A stretch of 24,201 nt of DNA from Candidatus Auribacterota bacterium (GCA_023136205.1 JAGLRQ010000029.1:1-24201); one strand, 5' to 3'. Positions 14,914 to 23,895 are shown, counted from the stretch's first letter. Numbers and translations are program-made. Notes: generated by a model from the letters alone, not told the origin.

Positions 14914-17703
14914 TTATCCTGTCTCTATAGTTTTTATAACTTTGTGGCATCTTTCGCAAATTTCAGGATGTTCACTGAAACTGCCAACCCCGCTGCCGTA
15001 GTTCCAGCACCTGGCGCACTTGGAACCCTTTGCTTTATCAATCCTTGCTTCCAGGCCCTCAATCTCTCCGGGAAAAGAATCCTTCTTTTCGTCAAAATCT
15101 TTTATTTCTACACCGGAAACAATAAATATCATTTTCAATTTATCGTAGTGTCTTTTAAGAAAATCTGACAGATTCTTATCTTTGACAAACAACACAACTT
15201 CAGCCGCCAGCGAATTACCTATAACTTTTTTCTTTCTCGCGGCTTCAAGAAGCTTATCCACATCAGCTTTCAATTTAATAAGCATGGACCATTGGCCATC
15301 AAGGCCGTCATCAACCCACGCGGGATCGTAATCGGGCCAGGGGCTCAAATGGATACTTTCTTCCTTATCCCCCAAAATGTTTAAATAAGCCCACACCTCT
15401 TCAGAAGTAAAGGAAAGAATAGGAGCTATAAGCTTTGTAAGGCTTAGTAATATGATGTGCATCGCCGTCTGAGACGAACGTCTTTCAGCAGAGTCATTTT
15501 TAAAGGTATACATCCTGTCCTTGAGAATATCCATGTAAAAGGAGCTCATATCAACAGCGCAAAAATTATGTATGGCATGATAAACTTTATAGAATTCACA
15601 ATTATCATAGGCTTTTTCAACGTTTTTTATCAGTCTCCCAAGCCTGTTTAATGCCCACCGGTCAACTTCCGTCATGCTCTTAAATTCAACTTTATCCTTC
15701 GCCATATCAAAATCATATGTATTACCAAGGAGATACCTGAAAGTATTTCTGATTCTTCTGTAAGAATCAGAAATCTGTTTTAAAATATCTTCAGAAAGAG
15801 CAACATCCACCGTATAATCCACGGAAGATACCCATAACCTCAAAATATCAGCTCCGCGCCGGTCAATTACTTTTAAAGGATCTATCACATTACCAATTGA
15901 CTTGGACATTTTTCTGCCCTGTTCGTCAATGGTAAACCCATGTGTCAAAACAGTTTTAAACGGGGCATTTCCATAGAGCGCGGCCGAAGTAAGAAGTGCG
16001 CTCTGGAACCACCCTCTGTGCTGGTCAGAACCCTCAAGATACAAATCCGCGGGGCAATCCAACTCCTTTCTCTGTTTTAAAACAGCTGTATGGCTAACAC
16101 CCGATTCAAACCATACATCAAGTATATCGGTTTCCTTCTTAAGATCTTCAGAGCCGCATTTACATTTTACCCCTTCGGGAAGTAATCTTTCTGTTCCCCA
16201 TTCAAACCATATCTCACAGCCGCCATTCTCCCTCATAAGCCCGGTTATATGCTTTATAATATCTCCGGAAATAATAACCTCACCGCACTTTTCACAGTAA
16301 AAAGCGGGTATTGGAACCCCCCAGTATCTCTGCCTTGAGAGGCACCAGTCCGGCCTGTTTTCTACCATTGAAGAAATCCTGTTTTGCCCAAAAGCAGGTA
16401 TCCACGCGACATCCTTGATACAATTCAAAGCCTTTTTCCTCAAATCTAAATGGTCAACTTTAATAAACCACTGTTCGGTAGCCCTGAAAATAACCGGCCC
16501 CTTACACCTCCAGCAGTGAGGATATGAATGTTGAACCTCTTCGGAGTAAACCAGAACACCTTTTTGCTCCATTAACCCTATAATATCTTTGTTGGCGGCA
16601 AATACATGCTTGCCTGTAAAGTCTTTTACATCCGCGGTAAAACACCCTTTTTCATTAACAGGAGAATATATCTTAAGGCCGTATTTAAGCCCGGTTTTAT
16701 AATCATCCTGTCCATGTCCGGGTGCTGTATGGACACAACCGGTTCCCTGTTCAAGCGTCACGTAATCCGCGAGAACAACCACTGACTCCCTATCCACAAA
16801 CGGATGTCTAGCCTTCTTACCCTCAAATTCTAACCCTTTAAAACTCTTCAGAAGCTCAGGCTTCAAACCGATTTTAGAGAAAAATTCTTCTGAAAGAGCC
16901 TTTGCCACAATAAATACCTCTTCCCCGATGTCATACGCTCCATAATCAAATAAAGGATGCAGTGCCACCGCAAGGTTCGCGGGAAGTGTCCATGGCGTAG
17001 TTGTCCAAATAATAAAATATGTTTTCTTATCTGTCTTTATCAAATCCTTAACATCATGCCCTTCAAACTTGACAAAGATTGAAGGTGACTTTTTATCTAA
17101 ATATTCAACCTCAGCCTCAGCAAGAGCAGTTTCACACTTACCGCACCAGTATATAGGCTTTAAGCCCTTATACACATAGCCCTTTCCTACAAGCTCTCCA
17201 AAAGATTCGAGAACACCTGTCTCATATTCAGGATCAAGAGTATAATAGGGATTTTCCCAATCCCCAAAAATTCCCAGTCTCTGAAATTGTCCGGACTGTA
17301 TCTTCGCGAATTTCATCGCGTAATCATGGGCTTTCTGCCTGAATTCACCCTGGGAAATATCACGCTTTGAAACTCCAAGATCTTTGAAAAGCTGGTGCTC
17401 AACGGGCAATCCGTGGCAATCCCAGCCGGGAACATAAGGAGCATCGAATCCCCTCATATTCTTATACTTAACAATTATATCCTTAAGAATCTTATTGAGA
17501 GCGTGCCCAAGGTGGATATCCCCGTTAGCATAGGGAGGGCCGTCGTGAAGAATATACTTCGGCTTAGTTCCTGAATTAGACCGGATTTTCTTATAAATCC
17601 CCATATCTTCCCATTTGCGGAAAATATCAGGCTCCCTCTGAGATAATCCGGCTTTCATCGGAAAATCGGTTCTTGGCAGATTTATTGTACTTTTATATTC
17701 CAT
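14914..17703 (-). CDS. ileS: Isoleucyl-tRNA synthetase (type 1, C-terminal zinc finger)
   Basis: HIGH motif PPYANGDIHLGHALN, KMSKS motif GRKMSKSIGN, and C-terminal CARCWNY...CERC. I trimmed the start to the ATG at 17703, because MEYKSTINLPRTDFPMKA matches the conserved IleS N-terminus. The 24 extra residues in the ORF track overlap the predicted promoter. Confidence 0.98.
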   Translation of the reverse strand: MEYKSTINLPRTDFPMKAGLSQREPDIFRKWEDMGIYKKIRSNSGTKPKYILHDGPPYANGDIHLGHALNKILKDIIVKYKNMRGFDAPYVPGWDCHGLPVEHQLFKDLGVSKRDISQGEFRQKAHDYAMKFAKIQSGQFQRLGIFGDWENPYYTLDPEYETGVLESFGELVGKGYVYKGLKPIYWCGKCETALAEAEVEYLDKKSPSIFVKFEGHDVKDLIKTDKKTYFIIWTTTPWTLPANLAVALHPLFDYGAYDIGEEVFIVAKALSEEFFSKIGLKPELLKSFKGLEFEGKKARHPFVDRESVVVLADYVTLEQGTGCVHTAPGHGQDDYKTGLKYGLKIYSPVNEKGCFTADVKDFTGKHVFAANKDIIGLMEQKGVLVYSEEVQHSYPHCWRCKGPVIFRATEQWFIKVDHLDLRKKALNCIKDVAWIPAFGQNRISSMVENRPDWCLSRQRYWGVPIPAFYCEKCGEVIISGDIIKHITGLMRENGGCEIWFEWGTERLLPEGVKCKCGSEDLKKETDILDVWFESGVSHTAVLKQRKELDCPADLYLEGSDQHRGWFQSALLTSAALYGNAPFKTVLTHGFTIDEQGRKMSKSIGNVIDPLKVIDRRGADILRLWVSSVDYTVDVALSEDILKQISDSYRRIRNTFRYLLGNTYDFDMAKDKVEFKSMTEVDRWALNRLGRLIKNVEKAYDNCEFYKVYHAIHNFCAVDMSSFYMDILKDRMYTFKNDSAERRSSQTAMHIILLSLTKLIAPILSFTSEEVWAYLNILGDKEESIHLSPWPDYDPAWVDDGLDGQWSMLIKLKADVDKLLEAARKKKVIGNSLAAEVVLFVKDKNLSDFLKRHYDKLKMIFIVSGVEIKDFDEKKDSFPGEIEGLEARIDKAKGSKCARCWNYGSGVGSFSEHPEICERCHKVIKTIETG

Positions 17704-17725
17704 ATGAAAACCTTTTGGATTGCGA

Positions 17726-17754
17726 ATAATAACAATTTGAATTTTGAAAGTCAA
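17726..17754 (-). promoter_or_regulatory. Sigma70-type promoter upstream of ileS
   Basis: Minus strand has TTGACT (17754-17749), a 17-nt spacer, then TATTAT (17731-17726), about 22 nt upstream of the ileS ATG. Confidence 0.5.
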
Positions 17755-17840
17755 CACAAAAAAGGCCTGTGTCACGCTTCAAAATTATACGGAATAATTA
17801 CCGGCGCGGACACGGCAATTCGGGGCAATCGCTCGTAGGG

Positions 17841-18128
17841 TTAAAGGGGACAGCGCCTTTTAAAAAAAGGCGCTGTCCCCTTTAACTTTACAAACACGGT
17901 TTTATTCGCGGAAGTTTCTCCCCTTTCGATACTTACGCTATTTTTAGGTATTCCGAGTTTTTTAGAGAGGAGCTTGACAAGTTCTTTGTTTGCTTTTCCT
18001 TTTACCGGAGCTGACATCAAATTTACTTTCAGTTTATCGCCTGTTACACCAAAAAATCCGGATTTTGATGACCTGGTTACAACCTTTATTTCCAGAAGAA
18101 AACCGTTTGGGGCCTTCTTATAAAACAC
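17841..18128 (-). CDS. yggU: DUF167 (YggU-like) protein
   Basis: 95 aa with LEIKVVTRSSK......LKVNLMSAPVKGKANKELVKLLSKKLGIPKNSVSIERGETSANKTV, matching the DUF167 pattern. It lies downstream of yggT as in E. coli. It has a GTG start with an AGGAG SD 8 nt upstream. Confidence 0.85.
   Translation of the reverse strand: MFYKKAPNGFLLEIKVVTRSSKSGFFGVTGDKLKVNLMSAPVKGKANKELVKLLSKKLGIPKNSVSIERGETSANKTVFVKLKGTAPFFKRRCPL
17843..17883 (-). terminator. 41-nt near-perfect palindrome (19-bp stem, 3-nt loop); possible terminator or RNA-stabilising hairpin
   Basis: AAAGGGGACAGCGCCTTTT-(3-nt loop)-AAAAGGCGCTGTCCCCTTT. It covers the last ~14 codons of the DUF167 ORF up to its stop. There is no extended U-tract after the stem on either strand, so terminator function is uncertain. 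Confidence 0.4.
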
Positions 18129-18139
18129 CGGGGCATCTC

Positions 18140-18958
18140 CTATATCAGCTTGTTTATTATTCCCTGCAGAAAACTAATTAAAAACCAGAGCACCAGCAGT
18201 GCCGCGGCCGGGCCAAAATCAATGGGACCCACAATCAATCTGGCTCTTTTAAAGATCGAAAGATACGGCTCAGTTACATTGAAAACAAACGCGTATAGAA
18301 AATTATTGCCATAGGACGGCCCAAACCAGGAAAGAAGAATCCTTATAAAAATTATATAACTGTAAATTCTCAAAGCACCGATAACTTCCCCAAATACATT
18401 AACAGTGGAAAAAGAGAGCAAAGCTAAACCCGGCATAACTTTGGAACCAATCCCCATCAGAATCGTGGAGATAATAAAAACAATGAGAACAAATATACCC
18501 ATTAACGTTCCAAGGGCGATCGATGAAATCACTTTTTCATTACCTGAAAACCTTCTGCCGAACAAAACAAACGGCTCAACCATGTCTTTTAATATACGGG
18601 AAATATTGTCGAAGGAGAGCCTGAATCCTCTAAAACAACGAAGTGTAAGCACAAGGAAATAAATTTTAAAAATAAGGCCAATCAGTTCATAAAGGCTTGC
18701 GACTACAATCAGGCCGACAGGAACACCGGAATGAAAAACAGTTTTCAGAAAAACCTTAATAATAAATACAAGTAATAATCCAATCAAAGGCACAAATCTG
18801 GAAGAGGTGTTGAAAGACAGGTGCTTCGTCATCTTTATTACGGGCCCGGTTATTTTTACCAGGGCCTGGTACGCCGGATTAAAATACATCTGGCCTGTGA
18901 ATGGAACAACAAACCTCATTAACAAAAGAAAACAATATATGTCAAATAATATCAGCAT
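18140..18958 (-). CDS. yggT: YggT-family integral membrane protein (multi-repeat)
   Basis: 272 aa and hydrophobic. The clearest YGGT repeat is at the C-terminus (IRILLSWFGPSYGNNFLYAFVFNVTEPYLSIFKR...GPIDFGPAAALLVLW). Weaker repeats occur at the N-terminus (LLLMRFVVPFTG..NPAYQALVKITGPVIKMTK) and mid-protein (LRCFRGFRLSFDNISRILKDMVEPFVLFGRR). Confidence 0.85.
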   Translation of the reverse strand: MLILFDIYCFLLLMRFVVPFTGQMYFNPAYQALVKITGPVIKMTKHLSFNTSSRFVPLIGLLLVFIIKVFLKTVFHSGVPVGLIVVASLYELIGLIFKIYFLVLTLRCFRGFRLSFDNISRILKDMVEPFVLFGRRFSGNEKVISSIALGTLMGIFVLIVFIISTILMGIGSKVMPGLALLSFSTVNVFGEVIGALRIYSYIIFIRILLSWFGPSYGNNFLYAFVFNVTEPYLSIFKRARLIVGPIDFGPAAALLVLWFLISFLQGIINKLI

Positions 18959-18968
18959 TTTCCCCTCT

Positions 18969-19772
18969 TCATGCCATTGAAGACAACTTTTTGCCCTTCT
19001 TCTTCGCGGCTATAACCGCTTTTTTTACTATGGAACTGAATTTATTCTTATAAAATATTTTCAGGGCTTCCTCGGTCATACCTCCCGGGGAAGTTACCTT
19101 AATCCTCAATTTTTCAGGAGACATGCCGGATTCTTCCATCATTTGAGCAGCTCCGGAAAAAGTCTGCTTAACCAGCTTTTCGGAATCCTTTTTTGAAAGC
19201 CCGGCAGAAATACCAGCCTTAATCATCAATTCCGCGAGAAGAAACACATACGCGGGGCCGCACCCGCTAACCGCCGTAAAAGCATCCATCTGTTCCTCAT
19301 CAGCGGCCAAACACTCTCCAACAGTAGAAAATATCTTTTTAGCCGTTTGAAAATCTCTTAAAAGACTGTTCTTCCCCCTGCACAATACACTCATTCCTTT
19401 CCCAAGAAGCGCGGGAGTATTGGGCATAACCCTGATAACACGTGCTCTCTTAAGACTTTTTTCTATGGTGGAGGTTCTGACACCGGCGGCAATTGTTATA
19501 ATCAGCTTTTTCCTCAAATCAATCGCGGAGAATTCTGACAAAAGCTTCTTCATATCCTGCGGTTTTATACATAGAATAACAATGTCAACATTCTTCAGGC
19601 ACCGGCTGTTGGATTTACACGTTTTTACCTTATATTTCGCGGAAATATATTTTACCCTTGCTAACTTTTTATCCGATATCATTATCGAGGAAGGAGAAAT
19701 CAATTTCGCGCTTATTAGCCCGCGCATTATTGCTTCTCCCATATTTCCCGCGCCTATAAAACCAATTTTCAT
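18969..19772 (-). CDS. proC: Pyrroline-5-carboxylate reductase
   Basis: 267 aa with the Rossmann motif IGFIGAGNMGEAI, RVMPNTPALLGKG, and the C-terminal SPGGMTEEAL motif. Confidence 0.93.
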   Translation of the reverse strand: MKIGFIGAGNMGEAIMRGLISAKLISPSSIMISDKKLARVKYISAKYKVKTCKSNSRCLKNVDIVILCIKPQDMKKLLSEFSAIDLRKKLIITIAAGVRTSTIEKSLKRARVIRVMPNTPALLGKGMSVLCRGKNSLLRDFQTAKKIFSTVGECLAADEEQMDAFTAVSGCGPAYVFLLAELMIKAGISAGLSKKDSEKLVKQTFSGAAQMMEESGMSPEKLRIKVTSPGGMTEEALKIFYKNKFSSIVKKAVIAAKKKGKKLSSMA

Positions 19773-19790
19773 ATTTTCCCTCCCCTTACC

Positions 19791-20465
19791 CTATCTGTCA
19801 CTCCTAAAAATCGCGCTCCCGACTCTAACAATATTAGCGCCTTCTTCAACGGCCACTTCATAATCCTGGCTCATACCCATGGAAAGATAACGCATCGGGT
19901 AACTATTAGACAATTCATCAAAAAATTCTTTAGTTTTCTTAAAAACAGACCTCACATCTTCAGGGTTGCTGACAAAAGGAGCCATTACCATAAGGCCGCG
20001 TACCCTTATTCCTTTCAGAGAAACAATTTCATCAATTGAGTTTCTTAAACTTACATGAGAAAAACCATATTTTTGAGGTTCTCCGGAAGTATTAACCTCG
20101 ATAAGGATATCACGGATTAAACCCTCCGCGACACACCTTTTGCCTATTTCACCGGCAAGCCTGGCAGAATCAACTGATTCTATCATATCAAATATAGAAA
20201 CAGCATTTTTTGCTTTCCTTGACTGCAAATGGCCAATCATATGTAATTTAATCTGAGATGGAAGAGCAGAAACCTTTCTACTCGCTTCCTCAACCCTGTT
20301 CTCACCAAAAACAGTGTGACCCAAATCATAAAGCTTCAGCATTTCATCAACACTAACTGTTTTTGAAACAGCAACAAGCGTTATGTCTTCAGGATCGCGC
20401 CCGGATTTTCCGGCGGACCGCGCAATTCCTTCTTTTACACGATAATAATTTTCTTTAAGGCTCAT
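19791..20465 (-). CDS. yggS: YggS-family pyridoxal-phosphate homeostasis protein
   Basis: 224 aa with the PLP-lysine motif LVAVSKT, FGENRVEE, HMIGHLQSRK and the C-terminal LSMGMSQDYEVAVEEGANIVRVGSAIF. Confidence 0.92.
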   Translation of the reverse strand: MSLKENYYRVKEGIARSAGKSGRDPEDITLVAVSKTVSVDEMLKLYDLGHTVFGENRVEEASRKVSALPSQIKLHMIGHLQSRKAKNAVSIFDMIESVDSARLAGEIGKRCVAEGLIRDILIEVNTSGEPQKYGFSHVSLRNSIDEIVSLKGIRVRGLMVMAPFVSNPEDVRSVFKKTKEFFDELSNSYPMRYLSMGMSQDYEVAVEEGANIVRVGSAIFRSDR

Positions 20466-20548
20466 AGGATTAATTATATCCCAACATAATCTTCCTTCTT
20501 ACACTTTTTTTCTCTGTGAAAATCCTCTGCGGCTGATTTTTTTACTTC

Positions 20549-22066
20549 TTACTTTTCTCCAAATGCTTTCCCTCTTTCTTTCCATAACAACCCTTTATCG
20601 CATCCGGTAATAATACTATCCCATGGCAAAGCATATTCAAATTCATATTCCCTTGTCGCGAGCGCCTCGGCTTCCTTGCTGCTCATTCTACCGGCCATAA
20701 CAGCATGAAATACTTCCCTGCCGGACCTGCTCAAAGCTCCCTGAACAAGGGAACTCTTTATATCTTCCCCGCCAAAATCTTTTATCCTCAAGGACTTTAC
20801 AGAAGACTTAATCTCATTAAACAAAGCCTTAAGTTTTGTTTTAGATCTCATACCATTCCACTGTAAAGGAGTATGCGGTTTCGGAACAAAAGGAGAACAG
20901 CTTACGGAAATATTTATTATTTTCCCGGCTTTGGAAATAAAGTCACCAAACCCCGCGGCATCTTCTTCAAACGGAAACCCATACATGAAATATAATTTTA
21001 CACTTTCGATACCCGCTTGTGAACATATATTCAAAGCATTGAAAACCTTTTCGTCTTCAAATTTCTTGTTCAACTTTTTCCGTGCGGCGCAATCAGCAGT
21101 CTCAGGAGCTATTGTTATCTGTCTAATTCCACCGCTGACCAAAAGGCTGACAAGGTTCTCGGTTAACCTTTCCACTCTGGCGCTGGAAATAGAAAATTCT
21201 CCATTAATCCTGATAATTCCCTCACAGATTTCCTCAATATAAGGATGATCCAGGATAGAAGGCCCCACCAAACCTATTTTAAGGCCTCGCGAAAGGCCTT
21301 CCCTTATATCAGCAAGAATAAATTTTTTATCCCTGTATCTCGCGGCACCGCATACCCACTTCACCGCGCAAAACCTGCAGCCCCAACTACACCCTCTGCT
21401 TACCTCAACAAGCCACATTTTAAACTGGGCTCCATCTGAAATAATAGAAGAACAGGAACTTTCCATATTTTCAAAACCAGCTCTGATTATTTCATATTTC
21501 TTTTTATCATTAACGGAAGGAACAAGGCAGCCGGGAATTTCAGATACGCGTTTTAATCTCTCTCCGCGGGAAAGCCCTTTTGACTTTAGCAATTCATGGT
21601 AAAGTTCCAGGCCCTTTGATTCAAACTCACCTATCCAGAACACATCTACAATATCATACAGCGGTACAGGATTCATAAACATGCATATACCGCCGGCAGT
21701 AACAATCGGATCCCTGTCACCTCTATCATTTACTGAAACAGGAATGCCTCCACTTTTAAGAATTTCGGCAATTTTAAGATACTGCAGTTCAAAACAAACC
21801 GAAAAAGATACTACGTCAAAAAAACAAAGCCTCTCCGCTCTTTCCAGTGAATATCCTTTTGAGGGGAAGGTAAATGCCCTTTCACACCTGAAAATATCCA
21901 CAAGGTTTAGTTCCCTGTAAATCTTCTGGAATCCAAGGCCGCTCATTCCCGCGGAGTAATTTCCCGGGTAAACCAGGGCTATGGACAGGTCTCCAAATTT
22001 TTTGGAAAAGCTCCCAACCTCACCTTCGAGAAATGTTTTATTTCCTGATTCTTCTTTCCAGCCCAT
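20549..22066 (-). CDS. Radical SAM protein with an N-terminal B12-binding-like domain (resembles the uncharacterised TIGR03960-type family)
   Basis: CxxxCxxC cluster motif SRGCSWGCRFC. The N-terminal ALVYPGNYSAGMSGLGFQKIY resembles the conserved start of that family as I recall it. The start is either the ATG at 22066 (2 nt after the pilT stop) or the TTG at 22072 (4-nt overlap). Confidence 0.8.
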   Translation of the reverse strand: MGWKEESGNKTFLEGEVGSFSKKFGDLSIALVYPGNYSAGMSGLGFQKIYRELNLVDIFRCERAFTFPSKGYSLERAERLCFFDVVSFSVCFELQYLKIAEILKSGGIPVSVNDRGDRDPIVTAGGICMFMNPVPLYDIVDVFWIGEFESKGLELYHELLKSKGLSRGERLKRVSEIPGCLVPSVNDKKKYEIIRAGFENMESSCSSIISDGAQFKMWLVEVSRGCSWGCRFCAVKWVCGAARYRDKKFILADIREGLSRGLKIGLVGPSILDHPYIEEICEGIIRINGEFSISSARVERLTENLVSLLVSGGIRQITIAPETADCAARKKLNKKFEDEKVFNALNICSQAGIESVKLYFMYGFPFEEDAAGFGDFISKAGKIINISVSCSPFVPKPHTPLQWNGMRSKTKLKALFNEIKSSVKSLRIKDFGGEDIKSSLVQGALSRSGREVFHAVMAGRMSSKEAEALATREYEFEYALPWDSIITGCDKGLLWKERGKAFGEK

Positions 22067-22068
22067 GG

Positions 22069-23163
22069 TCAACTGTTTAAAATGCGTTTTGTTTCATCAA
22101 GGAATATTCCCTGCCGCTTCATATTAAGCATCTCAGGTGAATCGGATTTGGCAAGCGCTTCTTCAAGCGTTATCTTTTTTGACTGTAAAAGTTTTATAAG
22201 GGCCAGGTCAAAAGTTTGCATCCCGTCTTCCTGTCCAAGTTCAATCGCGTCAGGAATTTTGTCAAGCTCATTTTCGACTATCAGTTTCTGAATTGTTCTA
22301 TTGTTCAACAACACCTCTACCGCGGGAACTATACCTTTCCCGTCAGCAGTATTAACAAGCCTCTGGCAAATCACCGCTTTAAGGTTAAAAGCCAGCTGCT
22401 GCCTCACCTGTTCCCTTTCGGATGAAGGGAAACAATCCATTATCCTTCCAAATGCCTGTGAGGCATTCGCCGTATGAAGGGTGCTTAATACCAGATGGCC
22501 GGTATCAGCAGCGGAAACCGCGGCTGAAAAGCTTTCCGCGTCCCGCATTTCTCCTATAAGAATGATATCCGGATCCTGGCGCATCACATTCTTTAAGGCA
22601 GAAGCAAAATCCGTGGTATCAAGGCCTATTTCCCTCTGGTTTATTACACTTTTGTTATCCCTATGCAGAAACTCTATAGGGTCTTCCAGTGTCATTACAT
22701 GCTTCCTCTCATGGGTATTAATATAATCCACCATAGAAGCGAGTGTAGTAGATTTCCCGCTGGAGCTTGCGCCGCAAACAAGAATAATTCCTCTCGGAAT
22801 TAAAGATATCTTTTCAAAGACTTTAGGCAAGCCAAGTTCCTCAAAGGAAAGGATCTTCGATCTTACATTCCTCATAACTATTCCAATAGACCCTCTCTGG
22901 TAAAAAATATTTGTCCTGAACCTGCCTATCTTTGGCGCGCTGTACGCGAAATCAACTTCATGATTTTGCACTAACTGTGCCCACTGCTCCTCAGTAGTAA
23001 TTGATTTCGCGATCTCCCGCGTATCTTCAGGAGTAAGTGATTTGCTATCCACAACTTCAAGAATTTTGTTAACCCGGATAATGGGGGCATTTCCCACTTT
23101 AAGATGAAGATCCGACCCGTTCCGCTCAATTGTTTCAATTAAAAGCTGTTTTACATCTATCAT
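22069..23163 (-). CDS. pilT: PilT-family type IV pilus retraction ATPase
   Basis: 364 aa with N-terminal GSDLHLKVGNAPIIRV and Walker A GASSSGKSTT. Further motifs are the Asp box EDPIEF, Walker B DIILIGEMRD and His box GHLVLSTLHT. AAGGAGG SD lies upstream. Confidence 0.92.
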   Translation of the reverse strand: MIDVKQLLIETIERNGSDLHLKVGNAPIIRVNKILEVVDSKSLTPEDTREIAKSITTEEQWAQLVQNHEVDFAYSAPKIGRFRTNIFYQRGSIGIVMRNVRSKILSFEELGLPKVFEKISLIPRGIILVCGASSSGKSTTLASMVDYINTHERKHVMTLEDPIEFLHRDNKSVINQREIGLDTTDFASALKNVMRQDPDIILIGEMRDAESFSAAVSAADTGHLVLSTLHTANASQAFGRIMDCFPSSEREQVRQQLAFNLKAVICQRLVNTADGKGIVPAVEVLLNNRTIQKLIVENELDKIPDAIELGQEDGMQTFDLALIKLLQSKKITLEEALAKSDSPEMLNMKRQGIFLDETKRILNS

Positions 23164-23223
23164 TTAAACCTCCTTAGATAAGTAAGAAATTAAATAATAC
23201 GGAATACGCAAAACTTCCCTGAC

Positions 23224-23252
23224 ATTCTAAGCTATATAAGGCTATCTCTCAA
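23224..23252 (-). promoter_or_regulatory. Sigma70-type promoter of the pilT / radical-SAM unit
   Basis: Minus strand has TTGAGA (23252-23247), a 17-nt spacer, then TAGAAT (23229-23224). It lies immediately downstream of the PilZ-gene terminator. Confidence 0.55.
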
Positions 23253-23253
23253 C

Positions 23254-23284
23254 AAAAAAAGGGTGAATCCCAATTGATTCACCC
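23254..23284 (-). terminator. Intrinsic terminator after the PilZ-domain gene
   Basis: Minus-strand RNA reads GGGUGAAUC-(AAUUGG)-GAUUCACCC followed by UUUUUUU. The 9-bp stem is perfect. It sits 26 nt after the stop codon. Confidence 0.78.
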
Positions 23285-23309
23285 GTAAGAAAGTCCTTTT
23301 ATCCCGGCT

Positions 23310-23672
23310 TTACCTTACAAAATTTTTAATCTTTGTCCTGTCTCCAGCTCCCATATTCAAAAAATAAAGAGCAACCGCAAACTTATGCGAATTTTTATCA
23401 ACTTTCCGCCTGTCAGGAACTGAACGCACAACTATCCCGGAACACAAAATTGAATCTTTCTTATTTCCTTTGGGAAGGGAAACCTCCATCTTCATTTCAC
23501 TTAACTCAGGTAGTTTATTGTCCATCAAACAATTCAATCCAGTGGGAGTAATATCAAGTGCTTCTATCGCAACATCAATCCCACTTACCTGAAGAGAAAA
23601 ATCTTTTTTAATTCTCGGCTCTCTTCTTCTCTCAAAATCGCCGGAGTGCTTATTCATTTTATTTTTCCCCAT
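23310..23672 (-). CDS. PilZ-domain protein (putative c-di-GMP receptor)
   Basis: 120 aa with an N-terminal RxxxR motif (RREPR) followed ~25 aa later by DITPTG, a D/NxSxxG-like motif with Thr in place of Ser. The C-terminal half is rich in beta-strand-like segments. An alternative start at ATG 23657 has a GGGGA SD-like element 8 nt upstream. Confidence 0.7.
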   Translation of the reverse strand: MGKNKMNKHSGDFERRREPRIKKDFSLQVSGIDVAIEALDITPTGLNCLMDNKLPELSEMKMEVSLPKGNKKDSILCSGIVVRSVPDRRKVDKNSHKFAVALYFLNMGAGDRTKIKNFVR

Positions 23673-23752
23673 ATAAAAAAGTGGTAACCCAGCTCATAGA
23701 CACAAAACATAGAAAAAATCTCCCCCTAAACCGGCTAATCTTCCCCAAACTT

Positions 23753-23895
23753 CATGCTTGCCATAGTTAATAAATCCTTGATTATTAGCTGACACATAAT
23801 GCTAAAATTGTCATACCAAAACAAGCCTAAACCCCACGCTTGCCACAGTTAATAAACCCTTGGTTATTAATTAACATGTAATCCTGAGATTGTCA
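23753..23895. repeat. Diverged tandem direct repeat: two ~61-nt cores (23753-23813 and 23835-23895), period 82 bp
   Basis: An ungapped hand alignment of the cores gives roughly 78% identity. Each core holds an AT-rich imperfect palindrome (TAATAAA-YCCTTGR-TTATTA) and ends in ATTGTCA. The reverse complement of that end is TTGACA in the distal copy and ATGACA in the proximal copy. Confidence 0.8.

Noticed and set aside
17704-17775. 24-codon N-terminal extension of the IleS ORF (MTQAFFVLTFKIQIVIIRNPKGFH)
   Set aside because: The conserved IleS N-terminus begins at the ATG at 17703. The extension overlaps the predicted TTGACT/TATTAT promoter and has no SD.
17704-17840. Possible T-box riboswitch leader upstream of ileS
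   Set aside because: The intergenic region is only ~135 nt, and the predicted promoter is ~22 nt from the ATG. I saw no T-box (AGGGUGGNACCGCG-like) sequence and no specifier or terminator architecture.
257-23551. All plus-strand ORFs in the supplied track (60-147 aa, for example 257-496, 1278-1535, 11145-11519, 12785-13105, 19420-19863, 20931-21242)
   Set aside because: Each lies fully antisense within a well-supported minus-strand gene. They have low-complexity or odd composition, no SD, and no recognisable motifs. They are shadow ORFs.
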